A DNA stretch of 64,000 nt, taken from contig OZ242358.1 in assembly GCA_965208835.1 (NCBI GenBank), positions 4,672,001 to 4,736,000 on the forward strand. The letters are read 5' to 3'. Below the pieces are notes generated by a model. That model made no database searches and was not told the DNA's origin. It saw only the letters and a program-made list of their open reading frames with translations. A program made the translations under genes and the position numbers. Positions 19,310 through 28,238 of the stretch are shown one piece after another. This stretch comes from Candidatus Latescibacterota bacterium. Lineage in GTDB: Bacteria; Latescibacterota; UBA2968; GCA-2709665. Every line of letters begins with the position of its first letter. Position 1 is the stretch's first letter.

Positions 19310-20260
19310 ATGCCAAGGGTGGGGCTGATCGCGCATCCAGACTTTTCACGGCATGACACCGGCTTCGGACACCCGGAACGACCCGGGAGGCTCCACGCCA
19401 TCCGGAGCCGGCTGGAAGAGACTGGTCTCGGAAACCGGCTGCTCGACATTGCGCCCAGAATGCTCGAACCTGACTGGCTGGAAAAAGTCCATACTTCCCG
19501 GCATATCGCGGATGTACAACGCCGGTGCGAGCAAAACACGCGCCTCATGGACGCGGGGGACACCTTTATCTGTCCTGCATCCTTCGAAGTTGGCCGCCTG
19601 GCGGCTGGGGCGGCCTGCGAGGCGGCGGACGCCGTCATGGATGACCGTGCAGACGCCGTATTCTGTGCCACACGTCCACCGGGCCACCATGCGGAACGGG
19701 ATAATGCGATGGGCTTCTGCCTTTTCAACAACGCGGCCGTTGCCGCCCGATACATCCAGGCCGCCCATCGGCTGGAGCGAATCCTCATCGTGGACTGGGA
19801 CGTACATCACGGAAACGGTACGCAGCACATCTTCGAGGAAGACCCCACGGTTTTCTATTTCAGTGCCCATCAGTACCCGCACTATCCGTGGTTCAGCGGC
19901 AGCAGCGAAGAAACGGGAATCGGCGCCGGAACGGGAACGAACCTGAACGCGCCCCTGCCCGCGGGCGCGGGGGACGAACAATTCCTTCGTGCATTCGACG
20001 AACTCCTGGTGCCCGAAATGGAACGTTTCCAGCCGGAATTCGTCATCGTCTCAGCCGGTTTCGACGCGCACGTCGACGACCCTCTTTCCGGTACCAGCGT
20101 CACGGAGGACGGATTCGCCGGAATGACGCGAAGGGCCCTTCAAATCGCAAGGCTGTACGCAAACGATCGCTTCATCTCGGTTTTGGAAGGCGGTTACGAC
20201 CTCAGCGGCCTCGCCCGTTGCGTCGAATACCATTTGAGCGCCCTGTTGGATAGCGGTTAG
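19310..20260 (+). CDS. histone deacetylase-family (Zn) deacylase
   Basis: HPERP, RPPGHHA, GFCLFNN, DWDVHHGNGTQ, SAGFDAH, LEGGY. Confidence 0.94.
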   Translation: MPRVGLIAHPDFSRHDTGFGHPERPGRLHAIRSRLEETGLGNRLLDIAPRMLEPDWLEKVHTSRHIADVQRRCEQNTRLMDAGDTFICPASFEVGRLAAGAACEAADAVMDDRADAVFCATRPPGHHAERDNAMGFCLFNNAAVAARYIQAAHRLERILIVDWDVHHGNGTQHIFEEDPTVFYFSAHQYPHYPWFSGSSEETGIGAGTGTNLNAPLPAGAGDEQFLRAFDELLVPEMERFQPEFVIVSAGFDAHVDDPLSGTSVTEDGFAGMTRRALQIARLYANDRFISVLEGGYDLSGLARCVEYHLSALLDSG

Positions 20261-20396
20261 CGCACAACCGCGGTCATGCTTCCGGACTCCGGACGCCGGC
20301 CGCCGGAACCTTTGACACAATCCGGTCGTCTACCCCTCGGATACCCCACTTCGGCCTACACGCACCGTATGCGTCGATTCCGTTCATGGAGGAAAA

Positions 20397-21266
20397 GTGA
20401 GTTCTAGAGATCCCGTCGTCGCATTCCAGGGTGAAATGGGCGCATTCAGCGAAATGGCCGCCCGCAGTTATTTCTGTGAGCAGGTTTGCGTGGTCCCGCA
20501 GGCCGATTTCGAAGGTCTCTTCAACGCCGTCTCCGGCGGTGTCTGCTCGCACGGCATGGTACCCATTGAGAATTCCCTCATGGGGAGCATTCACGAGAAC
20601 TACGATCTGCTCCTCCGGCAGGAACTGTACATCGTCGGCGAAATCAAGCTGCGAATCGTGCACAACCTTATTGTAAATCCGGGTGTCAGGATGGAAGACG
20701 TGAGGCAGATCTACTCACAGGCGCCTGCGCTCGCGCAGTGTACCGAGTTCATTCGATCCACCGCGGGCGTGGAAGCCGTGGTCGCGAACGACACGGCAGG
20801 CGCCGTCAAACAGATCAAGGAAGAGAACGCGAGAGATGCCGCCGCCATTGCCAGCGCACAGGCGGCCGTCGACTACGATCTGGAGATTCTCCGGGAAGGC
20901 CTCGAAAACGACCACCGGAATTATACCCGGTTTCTGGTCGTGGCCTCCGAACCCGCTGATCCTGTCGATCCCGCCAAAACCACCGTCGTCTATACCCTGG
21001 ATCACATCCCCGGAGCCCTGTTTAAAAGCCTGGGCGTATTTGCAATGCGGGATATCAACCTCCTCAAGATCGAATCGCGCCCCTTGAGCGGTCGACCCTG
21101 GGAATACGTCTTCTACCTGGATTTCGAAGGTCACATGTCCAGTGAAGAATGCCGGCAGGCGGTTGATCACCTTGAAAAAATGGCCAGCTTTCTCAAGATC
21201 CTCGGATCCTATGCGCTGGGCAAGACGGTCGAAGGCCGTTTGCGGGAGAAGAGGGTGGCCCCATGA
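20397..21266 (+). CDS. pheA: prephenate dehydratase (PDT plus ACT domain)
   Basis: AFQGEMGAFS, PIENS, NYTRF, KIESRP, WEYVFYLD; no chorismate mutase domain. Confidence 0.93.
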   Translation: MSSRDPVVAFQGEMGAFSEMAARSYFCEQVCVVPQADFEGLFNAVSGGVCSHGMVPIENSLMGSIHENYDLLLRQELYIVGEIKLRIVHNLIVNPGVRMEDVRQIYSQAPALAQCTEFIRSTAGVEAVVANDTAGAVKQIKEENARDAAAIASAQAAVDYDLEILREGLENDHRNYTRFLVVASEPADPVDPAKTTVVYTLDHIPGALFKSLGVFAMRDINLLKIESRPLSGRPWEYVFYLDFEGHMSSEECRQAVDHLEKMASFLKILGSYALGKTVEGRLREKRVAP

Positions 21267-22432
21267 ATCTGGCGCACAGGATGGACAACCTCGGTACAGA
21301 GTCCGCTTTCGAAGTACTCGTGAAGGCGCGAGACCTCGAAGCCCGCGGCAGAGACGTAGTCCACCTTGAAATCGGCGAGCCCGATTTCGATACACCTGCC
21401 CACATCGTCAATGCGGCCGGACAGGCGCTTCGTTCGGGTTATACCCATTACGGTCCCCCGGTGGGTCTGCCGGAACTTCGCGAGGCCATCGCTGACGACG
21501 TCTCCCGGTTCCGTGGAATCCCGGTCAATCCGGATCAGGTTGTGGTCACCCCCGGCGCCAAACCGATTATGTTCTACGCCATTCTGGCCCTCGCGCAGGC
21601 GGGAGACGAGGTGATCTATCCCGATCCCGGATTTCCCATCTACGAGTCCGTAATCAGATTTGCGGGCGCCCGGCCGGTGCCCATTTCGCTCACGGAAGAA
21701 CGCGACTTCAGTCTCGACGTGAATGAACTTGCGGACCTGATCAACGACCGCACCCGGCTTCTCATCATCAATTCCCCGCAAAACCCCACCAGTGGAATCA
21801 TCCCTCCGGCAGACCTGAAGGCGATCGCGGATATCGTCGTGGACAAGGGAATCCCGGTACTCGCCGACGAGATCTACTCCCGGATCCTGTACGAAGGCGC
21901 ATTCCACAGTATCTCGGTGTACGACGGTATGCAGGACCAGACCATCATTCTGGATGGCTTCTCCAAGACGTACGCGATGACGGGATGGCGAATCGGGTAC
22001 GGTGTGATGCCGCAAAGTCTGGCGGAAAAGTTCGGACTCCTGATGGTCAACAGCAACTCCTGTACCGCGACGTTCACCCAAAGGGCCGCACTGGCCGCAC
22101 TTCAGGGCCCTCAGTATGACGTCCAGGCGATGGTGGCTGAATTCAAACGCCGGCGGGACATCTTCGTCACGGGACTCCGCGAAATCCCGGGCATTCGCTG
22201 CCCGCTCCCGGGTGGCGCGTTTTACCTCTTTCCGAATGTTTCGGACCTGGGACTCTCCTCTCAGGAATTCGCTGATTACCTTTTGTACGAAGGAAACGTC
22301 GCGGCTCTCTCCGGCCATGGCTTCGGCGCGTTCGGAGAAGGGCACATCCGCTTTTCCTTCGCCAATTCGGTCGAAAACATCCAAAAGGCGCTGAATCGTA
22401 TCGCGGTGTGCGTGCGGAACATCCGGCGATGA
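21263..22432 (+). CDS. class I PLP aminotransferase (aspartate/aromatic)
   Basis: IGEPDF, NSPQNPT, DEIY, GFSKTYAMTGWRIG; overlaps the pheA stop. Confidence 0.92.
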   Translation: MNLAHRMDNLGTESAFEVLVKARDLEARGRDVVHLEIGEPDFDTPAHIVNAAGQALRSGYTHYGPPVGLPELREAIADDVSRFRGIPVNPDQVVVTPGAKPIMFYAILALAQAGDEVIYPDPGFPIYESVIRFAGARPVPISLTEERDFSLDVNELADLINDRTRLLIINSPQNPTSGIIPPADLKAIADIVVDKGIPVLADEIYSRILYEGAFHSISVYDGMQDQTIILDGFSKTYAMTGWRIGYGVMPQSLAEKFGLLMVNSNSCTATFTQRAALAALQGPQYDVQAMVAEFKRRRDIFVTGLREIPGIRCPLPGGAFYLFPNVSDLGLSSQEFADYLLYEGNVAALSGHGFGAFGEGHIRFSFANSVENIQKALNRIAVCVRNIRR

Positions 22433-22566
22433 CACGCGGCTCGTGACGGCCGTAAAATAACCCCGGTGAAGAATCGTCATCGGGGCATCTTGTATTCGAT
22501 GTGGAAGTGTCATTCAGACGCACGGAGGGCAGGATACCCCCCGCATAAGACTGACCTTCCCGCTTT

Positions 22567-24720
22567 CTACCACATCACGCGAAATGACGTGGCCGTACTC
22601 ACTTCCTGCCGGCTGTTCAAATCGAAAACTTTCACACGGAAATCCCTGGGGCCGGGAAACATCTCCAGTTTCAACACCTGGTATATCGGCTCCCAAGCCT
22701 GCGAACCCTTGTGGGTATAGGAGACCGCCGTTGTCCATTCCGGCTCCGCCTCCGCGTCGTCTTCCTTCAAGGTCCGGATCTGGTAGGTTACCTGATAGTT
22801 GGTTGCGCCGAAGCGGTCCTTCTGAAGGTTGTAGACTTCATAGTAGAAGTAAGCCTGTGCGCCCTGTCGATACTGTTTGAGCGGATTGGGCAGAATGAGA
22901 TACCGATCCCGTCCGTAAGGCGCCTGCTCCCTTTCGACGATCCTTCGCGCAAGCAACATGTCGCTCACGCTCAGCGAATCGTATCCAAATTCCCCAATCT
23001 GCAGGACGCTCCGGAACGTACCTATCGAATTTGTCTTCCTGTCCTCGGCCTCCGCCGCTATGAAATACTTCCCCGGCGACAACATCAGCTTCTCGCCGGT
23101 AAACAGATACCCTTCCCGGGTTGCTTCATACTGTACCCACGGCATGACATCAACCCTTCCGATATCCTTCCTCAGCGTATCCCAATCCGCGTCGAACAGG
23201 AACAGTCCCTGCCGGATTTCCACGGCCTGCGCCCCGGCCTGCACCTCTTTGTGTTGTACTTCCTCTCCAGGAAGCGCGTAGTATACCTCCACTCTGGCCT
23301 TGTCGCCTTCCCCGCGAAACCGGGCCATCTGGTACGGGGCATCGTAGCGCTCCCATTTGTATGGATCCTTATAGTACTCGGGCACCCTTGTCGTCAATGC
23401 CTCCAGATCCATCGGTCTCCTTCCCAACCAGCCCACGCGATAGCGCCAGGTATCCCGCGTATCCGTATTTGCAAATAACAGCCGAAACCCGCCGTAGTCC
23501 CACATCTCAAGACGGGGACGGTGTTTGAACGGCGTCGTCCCCTGCTGAGTCAGCCAGTACAGATGGTCCTGGTACCACGTCGGTTCATCCAGACCTGTAT
23601 CGATCTCGGGCGGGCGGACGCTTCTTGCCTCCGGACGTCCATAACGGATGTACGCCTGACCCTTGTCCGTCGTCCAGCCCGCTATTCCGCGTTCCGGATC
23701 TCCGAAACGAAGGTTGGCGTATGCCACCCTTCCACAGTGTTCCATCAGGCGCTCGTTAACCGGCGTGAGGAACAACGGATCGCGGCCGGTCCAGAATGCC
23801 CGCAACGCCTCTTCATCCGGGAGATCTTCGCCCGCCTCCATGCCCTGTTTGCCCACCAGCATGAATACCGACATCATGAACTGCTGTTCCCGCGCCGACA
23901 TCCGGCTTAATCCGTTCACGTAGGCCGGATAGGCGCGCTGGAGTTCTTCCTGCGCCTGGTATGCCAGTCCCAGGAAGAAATGGACGTCGGGATCGTCCGG
24001 GCGGCGCTTCAGGAAGTCCTCGAAAAGCACCGCCATCTTTTCCGGCATCAGGGCTTCGTAATACACCAGTCCCAGCAGCAGCAGCGAAGGTCTGTGCTCG
24101 GGATCGACATCCAGCGCCCTGGTCAGGTATCCGATCGCCTGGTCCCGGTCCTTCTCCCCGAATCTTTCCAGACTGAACGATCTCATTCGCCGATTGCCCA
24201 GGTCATCGTATTGATAATCGATGCGCTCGCTTTCGAGGTAACGCGACATCTGCCACGCCGCGTACCGGCCGGCCAGGTACAAGGCGCCGACGTGGTTCGG
24301 GTTCATGTCAATTGCCTTTTTCGCATTCTTGTAGGCGTGGCCTCTTCTGCCCAGCGCCCACAATACCCTCGCATATTCGATTCGAAAGTCGATATTCGAC
24401 TTGTCTTTCCGCATCGCCCGTTGCAGCCACGTCGAGGCCTGTCTGCGCGTACCCTGCGTGCTTTCATCGCTGTAGAGCCGGGCGAGTTCGTACATTGCCC
24501 ATCCTGTGTCATCGAACCGGATCGCCTCTTTCAAAAGTCTGGTGCGTTTCCCGTATTCGACGGTTGTATCCGACGCCGCCGCAAGGAGCGAGTCCACACG
24601 CATCGAAACCGCCCGTGCGGCTTCGACGTGCGCCGCACAGACCGGAATGGCTGCCAGAATCACAAGAAGCATTGCCCGCATACGCCCTCCAGTTACACGT
24701 GACGTCAAGTATCCCGACAC
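22567..24720 (-). CDS. GWxTD domain protein with signal peptide and TPRs
   Basis: FWTGRDP...TPVNE...RVAYAN..F...GWTTDKGQAYIRYGRP; TPR-like helices; start uncertain. Confidence 0.88.
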   Translation of the reverse strand: MSGYLTSRVTGGRMRAMLLVILAAIPVCAAHVEAARAVSMRVDSLLAAASDTTVEYGKRTRLLKEAIRFDDTGWAMYELARLYSDESTQGTRRQASTWLQRAMRKDKSNIDFRIEYARVLWALGRRGHAYKNAKKAIDMNPNHVGALYLAGRYAAWQMSRYLESERIDYQYDDLGNRRMRSFSLERFGEKDRDQAIGYLTRALDVDPEHRPSLLLLGLVYYEALMPEKMAVLFEDFLKRRPDDPDVHFFLGLAYQAQEELQRAYPAYVNGLSRMSAREQQFMMSVFMLVGKQGMEAGEDLPDEEALRAFWTGRDPLFLTPVNERLMEHCGRVAYANLRFGDPERGIAGWTTDKGQAYIRYGRPEARSVRPPEIDTGLDEPTWYQDHLYWLTQQGTTPFKHRPRLEMWDYGGFRLLFANTDTRDTWRYRVGWLGRRPMDLEALTTRVPEYYKDPYKWERYDAPYQMARFRGEGDKARVEVYYALPGEEVQHKEVQAGAQAVEIRQGLFLFDADWDTLRKDIGRVDVMPWVQYEATREGYLFTGEKLMLSPGKYFIAAEAEDRKTNSIGTFRSVLQIGEFGYDSLSVSDMLLARRIVEREQAPYGRDRYLILPNPLKQYRQGAQAYFYYEVYNLQKDRFGATNYQVTYQIRTLKEDDAEAEPEWTTAVSYTHKGSQAWEPIYQVLKLEMFPGPRDFRVKVFDLNSRQEVSTATSFRVMW

Positions 24721-24725
24721 CTTTA

Positions 24726-24888
24726 CGAAGCTGTCTTAAAACCCCCAGCGGTCTTCGCGCGGCTGCAAACGCGTCGGTCTGCGTTGGTCAAATCCACCCG
24801 TATACCCAAATATGGGCGAATTTGTCCGCCTTGACCGACACATTTTCGCGCGCGCTCGGGACTCACCAGGAATTTTAAAACTGCTTCT
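24726..24888. repeat. family A TIR element, long form
   Basis: GAAGCTGTCTTAAAA...TTTTAAAACTGCTTC; colinear with the 18222 copy. Confidence 0.9.
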
Positions 24889-24909
24889 AACATCGCCACA
24901 AATGGCAGT

Positions 24910-24938
24910 TTGACAATGAAATAAATGCCCGGTATCAT
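24910..24938 (+). promoter_or_regulatory. sigma70-type promoter
   Basis: TTGACA-17 bp-TATCAT. Confidence 0.75.
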
Positions 24939-25118
24939 GTATACGAACGATCGGCGGAAAAGTTCTCCGGTCCTGCCATCAGCCCGATATGCAAACTGAA
25001 AGAACGTGGATCGGCTTTCGTATTGCTGCGGGCCGAAGACGGGAATGCATCTCCGGTGCGGAGCCGCATATCGACGATCACGTTTAGACTCTTGGCAGCG
25101 CGATTCCTGGAGATTTCG

Positions 25119-26189
25119 ATGGCGAACCCTTACAGTCGACCAGCTGAAACCGTCAGCCGCTGGATCAGCGACCGTCAGCGCCTGCTTCGAAACGAGACTG
25201 AAGACCATCTCCGCAACGAAGTCCTGAACTATGGCCCGCGGCAGGCCGCGCACTGGAACCGGGACTACGGCTCGGTCGAGGCCTTCGAGCGTTCGGTCGA
25301 AACCAACCGCCGCCGCTGGCGGGAAACGATCGGCATCTTCGAGTTCGACGGCACCCCGCTCGAACCGGTGCTGGATCCGTGGTACGAAAACGACAGGTTC
25401 ACGGCCTGGTGGATTACCATCGGATTGCTGGGCAACCTGAGAGGCCGCGGTATACTCGCCCTGCCCAAGGGCGCGGATGGTCCCGCACCGCTTGTCATCG
25501 CCCAGCACGGTATCGGGTCGTCGCCCGAAAAGGCATTCGGCCTGGATGACCCGAACGATACCTACAAATCCTACGCCCGTCGCCTCGCGGAAGAAGGTTT
25601 CGCGGTGATCGCTCCGATGAATATCACGGGCGGCCCTGCCCGGGCGCGTCAGGAACGCCTCTGCAAGCTCCTTGGCAAAACCCTGTGGGGTCTCGAGATC
25701 TTCCGTACGCAACGGCTTCTGGACTACCTTGAGACCCGCCCCGAAATCGATATCGAACGCACCGCCATGTATGGAATCAGCCTCGGGGGCGCCTACACCA
25801 TGTTCACGACTCCGGTCGAACCCCGCATCCGGGCCGCCGTGGTATGCGCCTGGTTCAACCACAGGCGAAACAAAATGGCCGTGGACGACCCAAGGTACAG
25901 CTGCTTTCTTTCCGTCAACGAGGAGCACGTCTGGATTCCCGGCTGGCTGAGCGCGTTCACCGACAGTGACCTCGTTTCGCTCATCTGTCCCCGTCCCCTG
26001 CTGGTTGAGCAGGGCAAGGCCGACGGAATCGCCTGGTGGCCCATGATGCTCGATGAGTATCACCAGGCCTGCGAACACTACGCCAAACTCGGATTATCCG
26101 AGAATATCGAGATTGATCTTCACGAAGGCGGCCACGAGATCCGGCTCGACAAGAGCCTTCAGTTCCTCAGGAAATGGTTGACGCCATAG
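25119..26189 (+). CDS. alpha/beta hydrolase (dienelactone hydrolase/acetyl esterase-like)
   Basis: AQHG, GISLGG nucleophile elbow, LICPRPL, GGHE; ATG after GGAG. Confidence 0.82.
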   Translation: MANPYSRPAETVSRWISDRQRLLRNETEDHLRNEVLNYGPRQAAHWNRDYGSVEAFERSVETNRRRWRETIGIFEFDGTPLEPVLDPWYENDRFTAWWITIGLLGNLRGRGILALPKGADGPAPLVIAQHGIGSSPEKAFGLDDPNDTYKSYARRLAEEGFAVIAPMNITGGPARARQERLCKLLGKTLWGLEIFRTQRLLDYLETRPEIDIERTAMYGISLGGAYTMFTTPVEPRIRAAVVCAWFNHRRNKMAVDDPRYSCFLSVNEEHVWIPGWLSAFTDSDLVSLICPRPLLVEQGKADGIAWWPMMLDEYHQACEHYAKLGLSENIEIDLHEGGHEIRLDKSLQFLRKWLTP

Positions 26190-26252
26190 AAGGTTACCTG
26201 CGGATTGTCGGAGGCTTGACATGACAAAATACATTACAGGAAGGGAATTAAC

Positions 26253-27260
26253 ATGGTAAAACTCGGTGTCTTCGGATGCGCGGGCATTTCTACCCATCAG
26301 CTGAGTTCCGTGTGGGACGACAACTGCTTCCAGGTGGTCGCGGGCGCGGATGTCCGTCCGGCGCAGCTCGACCATTTCAGGGAGAGATTCGACATGCGGC
26401 AGGGGTACGCCGATTATCGCGTTCTGCTTGATGAAGCCGACGTCGAGGCCGTCATGATCTGCACGCCCACCTTTCTCCATCCGGAGATGGCGATTGCGTC
26501 CGCGGAGGCCGGCAAGGACATCTTCTGCCAGAAACCCATGGCGATGAATTCGTACGACTGTTACCGCATGATCCAGGCGTGCCGCAGAAATGACGTTAAG
26601 CTCCAGATCGGTTTCGTGCGTCGCTTCGACAACGACTGGGGTACGGTCAAAAAGGTCGTCGAATCCGGCCGTCTCGGCAGCCCTGTTCTCTGGCGGCAGA
26701 TCTCCGGCGGACCGCCCCCGGGCAGCCCGTTCTTCATGGACCGCTATCAGGGCGGCGGGCCGATGATCGACGGCATGGTACACAACTACGACTTCGCGGT
26801 CCACTGTTTCGGTGAACCCGTGGAAGTCAAGTCGATGCCAATGAAAATCCACCACACGTCCACGGCCTGGGATACGGGCACCGTCCTCGTACGCTTTGAA
26901 CGGGGCGACGCCATTATGTGCTCATGGACGTGGGGACTGCCGTCCGGCGTTCGACCCGGAGGAGGTACCGACATTATCGGTCCCAACGGCGTACTCATGT
27001 TTCCCGGGAACTACGATCCGAATAAGGTCGAAGGCAAGTACGACGCGGACACCCAGGGTGCCTACCTCCTTTCCCTGGCTGACGGCGAAGAGGAAGTCAT
27101 CCCGTTTGAAAAGAAGAATATGTTCCGGGACGAAATGCTGCATTTTGCCGAATGTGTTCAAAGTGGAACGGGCCCGCTCGTTACCGGTGAAGACGGCCTG
27201 CGCGCCACCCGGATCGCCGAACTCGCGCTCAACGGCGGCGGACTGTATCAACCAGCGTGA
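26253..27260 (+). CDS. Gfo/Idh/MocA oxidoreductase
   Basis: GVFGCAGI, ICTPTFLH, CQKPMA, GFVRRFD, DGMVHNYD. Confidence 0.88.
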   Translation: MVKLGVFGCAGISTHQLSSVWDDNCFQVVAGADVRPAQLDHFRERFDMRQGYADYRVLLDEADVEAVMICTPTFLHPEMAIASAEAGKDIFCQKPMAMNSYDCYRMIQACRRNDVKLQIGFVRRFDNDWGTVKKVVESGRLGSPVLWRQISGGPPPGSPFFMDRYQGGGPMIDGMVHNYDFAVHCFGEPVEVKSMPMKIHHTSTAWDTGTVLVRFERGDAIMCSWTWGLPSGVRPGGGTDIIGPNGVLMFPGNYDPNKVEGKYDADTQGAYLLSLADGEEEVIPFEKKNMFRDEMLHFAECVQSGTGPLVTGEDGLRATRIAELALNGGGLYQPA

Positions 27261-27353
27261 AAATTGCCGCGGAAATCCTCACAGGATGCGATGAGACCGG
27301 CGAAATTCAAGGGAATCAACTGATTTCAAGAACACCTCGAGCAAGAGATTTAT

Positions 27354-28238
27354 ATGACCCTGTTACGCATCGCCCTGGCGCAGACAAGGCAGACCTCGGA
27401 TCGAGAGGACAACCGCCGCGCCATTCTCGATGCCATCGACCGCGCGGCTTCCCGGAACGTGCAGATCCTGTGTTTTCCCGAGACGCAAACAATCGGGTAC
27501 CGGGTGGACATCGCTTCCGCCGACGCGCCGGTGCCCGCCGGCTGGCTCGATGAGGTCCACAGTGAGGTTGCGGCACGGTGCGCGAAGCACGGCATCGCCT
27601 GCATCCTGGGTACTGAAGCCGCGTCCGACGGCGGAAGGCCTTACAACACCGCGCTCGTAATCGATAAGCAGGGGAACTTCCTGGGTATGCATCACAAGAC
27701 GATGCTGACGCCGCTGGACGCCATGGCCTACGAGCGTGGAAACGCACAGCATACGTTCGATCTTGCCGGCGTGCGTATCGGCGTGGTCATCTGCTTCGAG
27801 GCGCTGCGCTTTGCTGAAACGACGGCCGAATGCGTACGCCGCGGCGCACAGGTCGTCTTCCATCCGCAGAACAACACGACCCGTCCGAACGACTGGAAGA
27901 TCCCCATCCACCATGCCATGATCGTCACTCGGGCCGCCGAGAACACCGTCTGGTTCGCTTCCTGCAACGCCTGTCTCCCGCACCAGAACAGCCGCAGCCT
28001 GATTGTCGCCCCCGACGGCCGTATACACGGGCAGACGGAACTGAGGCAGGAGGAACTGCTGGTGCGCGACATCGACGTCCGGAAGGCAACGCGTGCCATG
28101 TTTCGCCTTGGAGAAGACAGCCCGGCCGCAGGTGCGCTGGAACAAAGCGCAAGCCTGCTGTTCGCCGACACGGTGAAGACGGAAGAGTATGCCGCCGCGC
28201 TCGAAGCGGGCAAGTCCCCGACCAGAGCCACGCAATGA
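27354..28238 (+). CDS. carbon-nitrogen hydrolase (nitrilase superfamily)
   Basis: Catalytic triad motifs FPE, HHK, ICFE. Confidence 0.88.
   Translation: MTLLRIALAQTRQTSDREDNRRAILDAIDRAASRNVQILCFPETQTIGYRVDIASADAPVPAGWLDEVHSEVAARCAKHGIACILGTEAASDGGRPYNTALVIDKQGNFLGMHHKTMLTPLDAMAYERGNAQHTFDLAGVRIGVVICFEALRFAETTAECVRRGAQVVFHPQNNTTRPNDWKIPIHHAMIVTRAAENTVWFASCNACLPHQNSRSLIVAPDGRIHGQTELRQEELLVRDIDVRKATRAMFRLGEDSPAAGALEQSASLLFADTVKTEEYAAALEAGKSPTRATQ

Noticed and set aside
27830-28234. N-terminal extension of the 812-aa ORF
   Set aside because: Overlaps the nitrilase gene; the signal peptide starts at 28235
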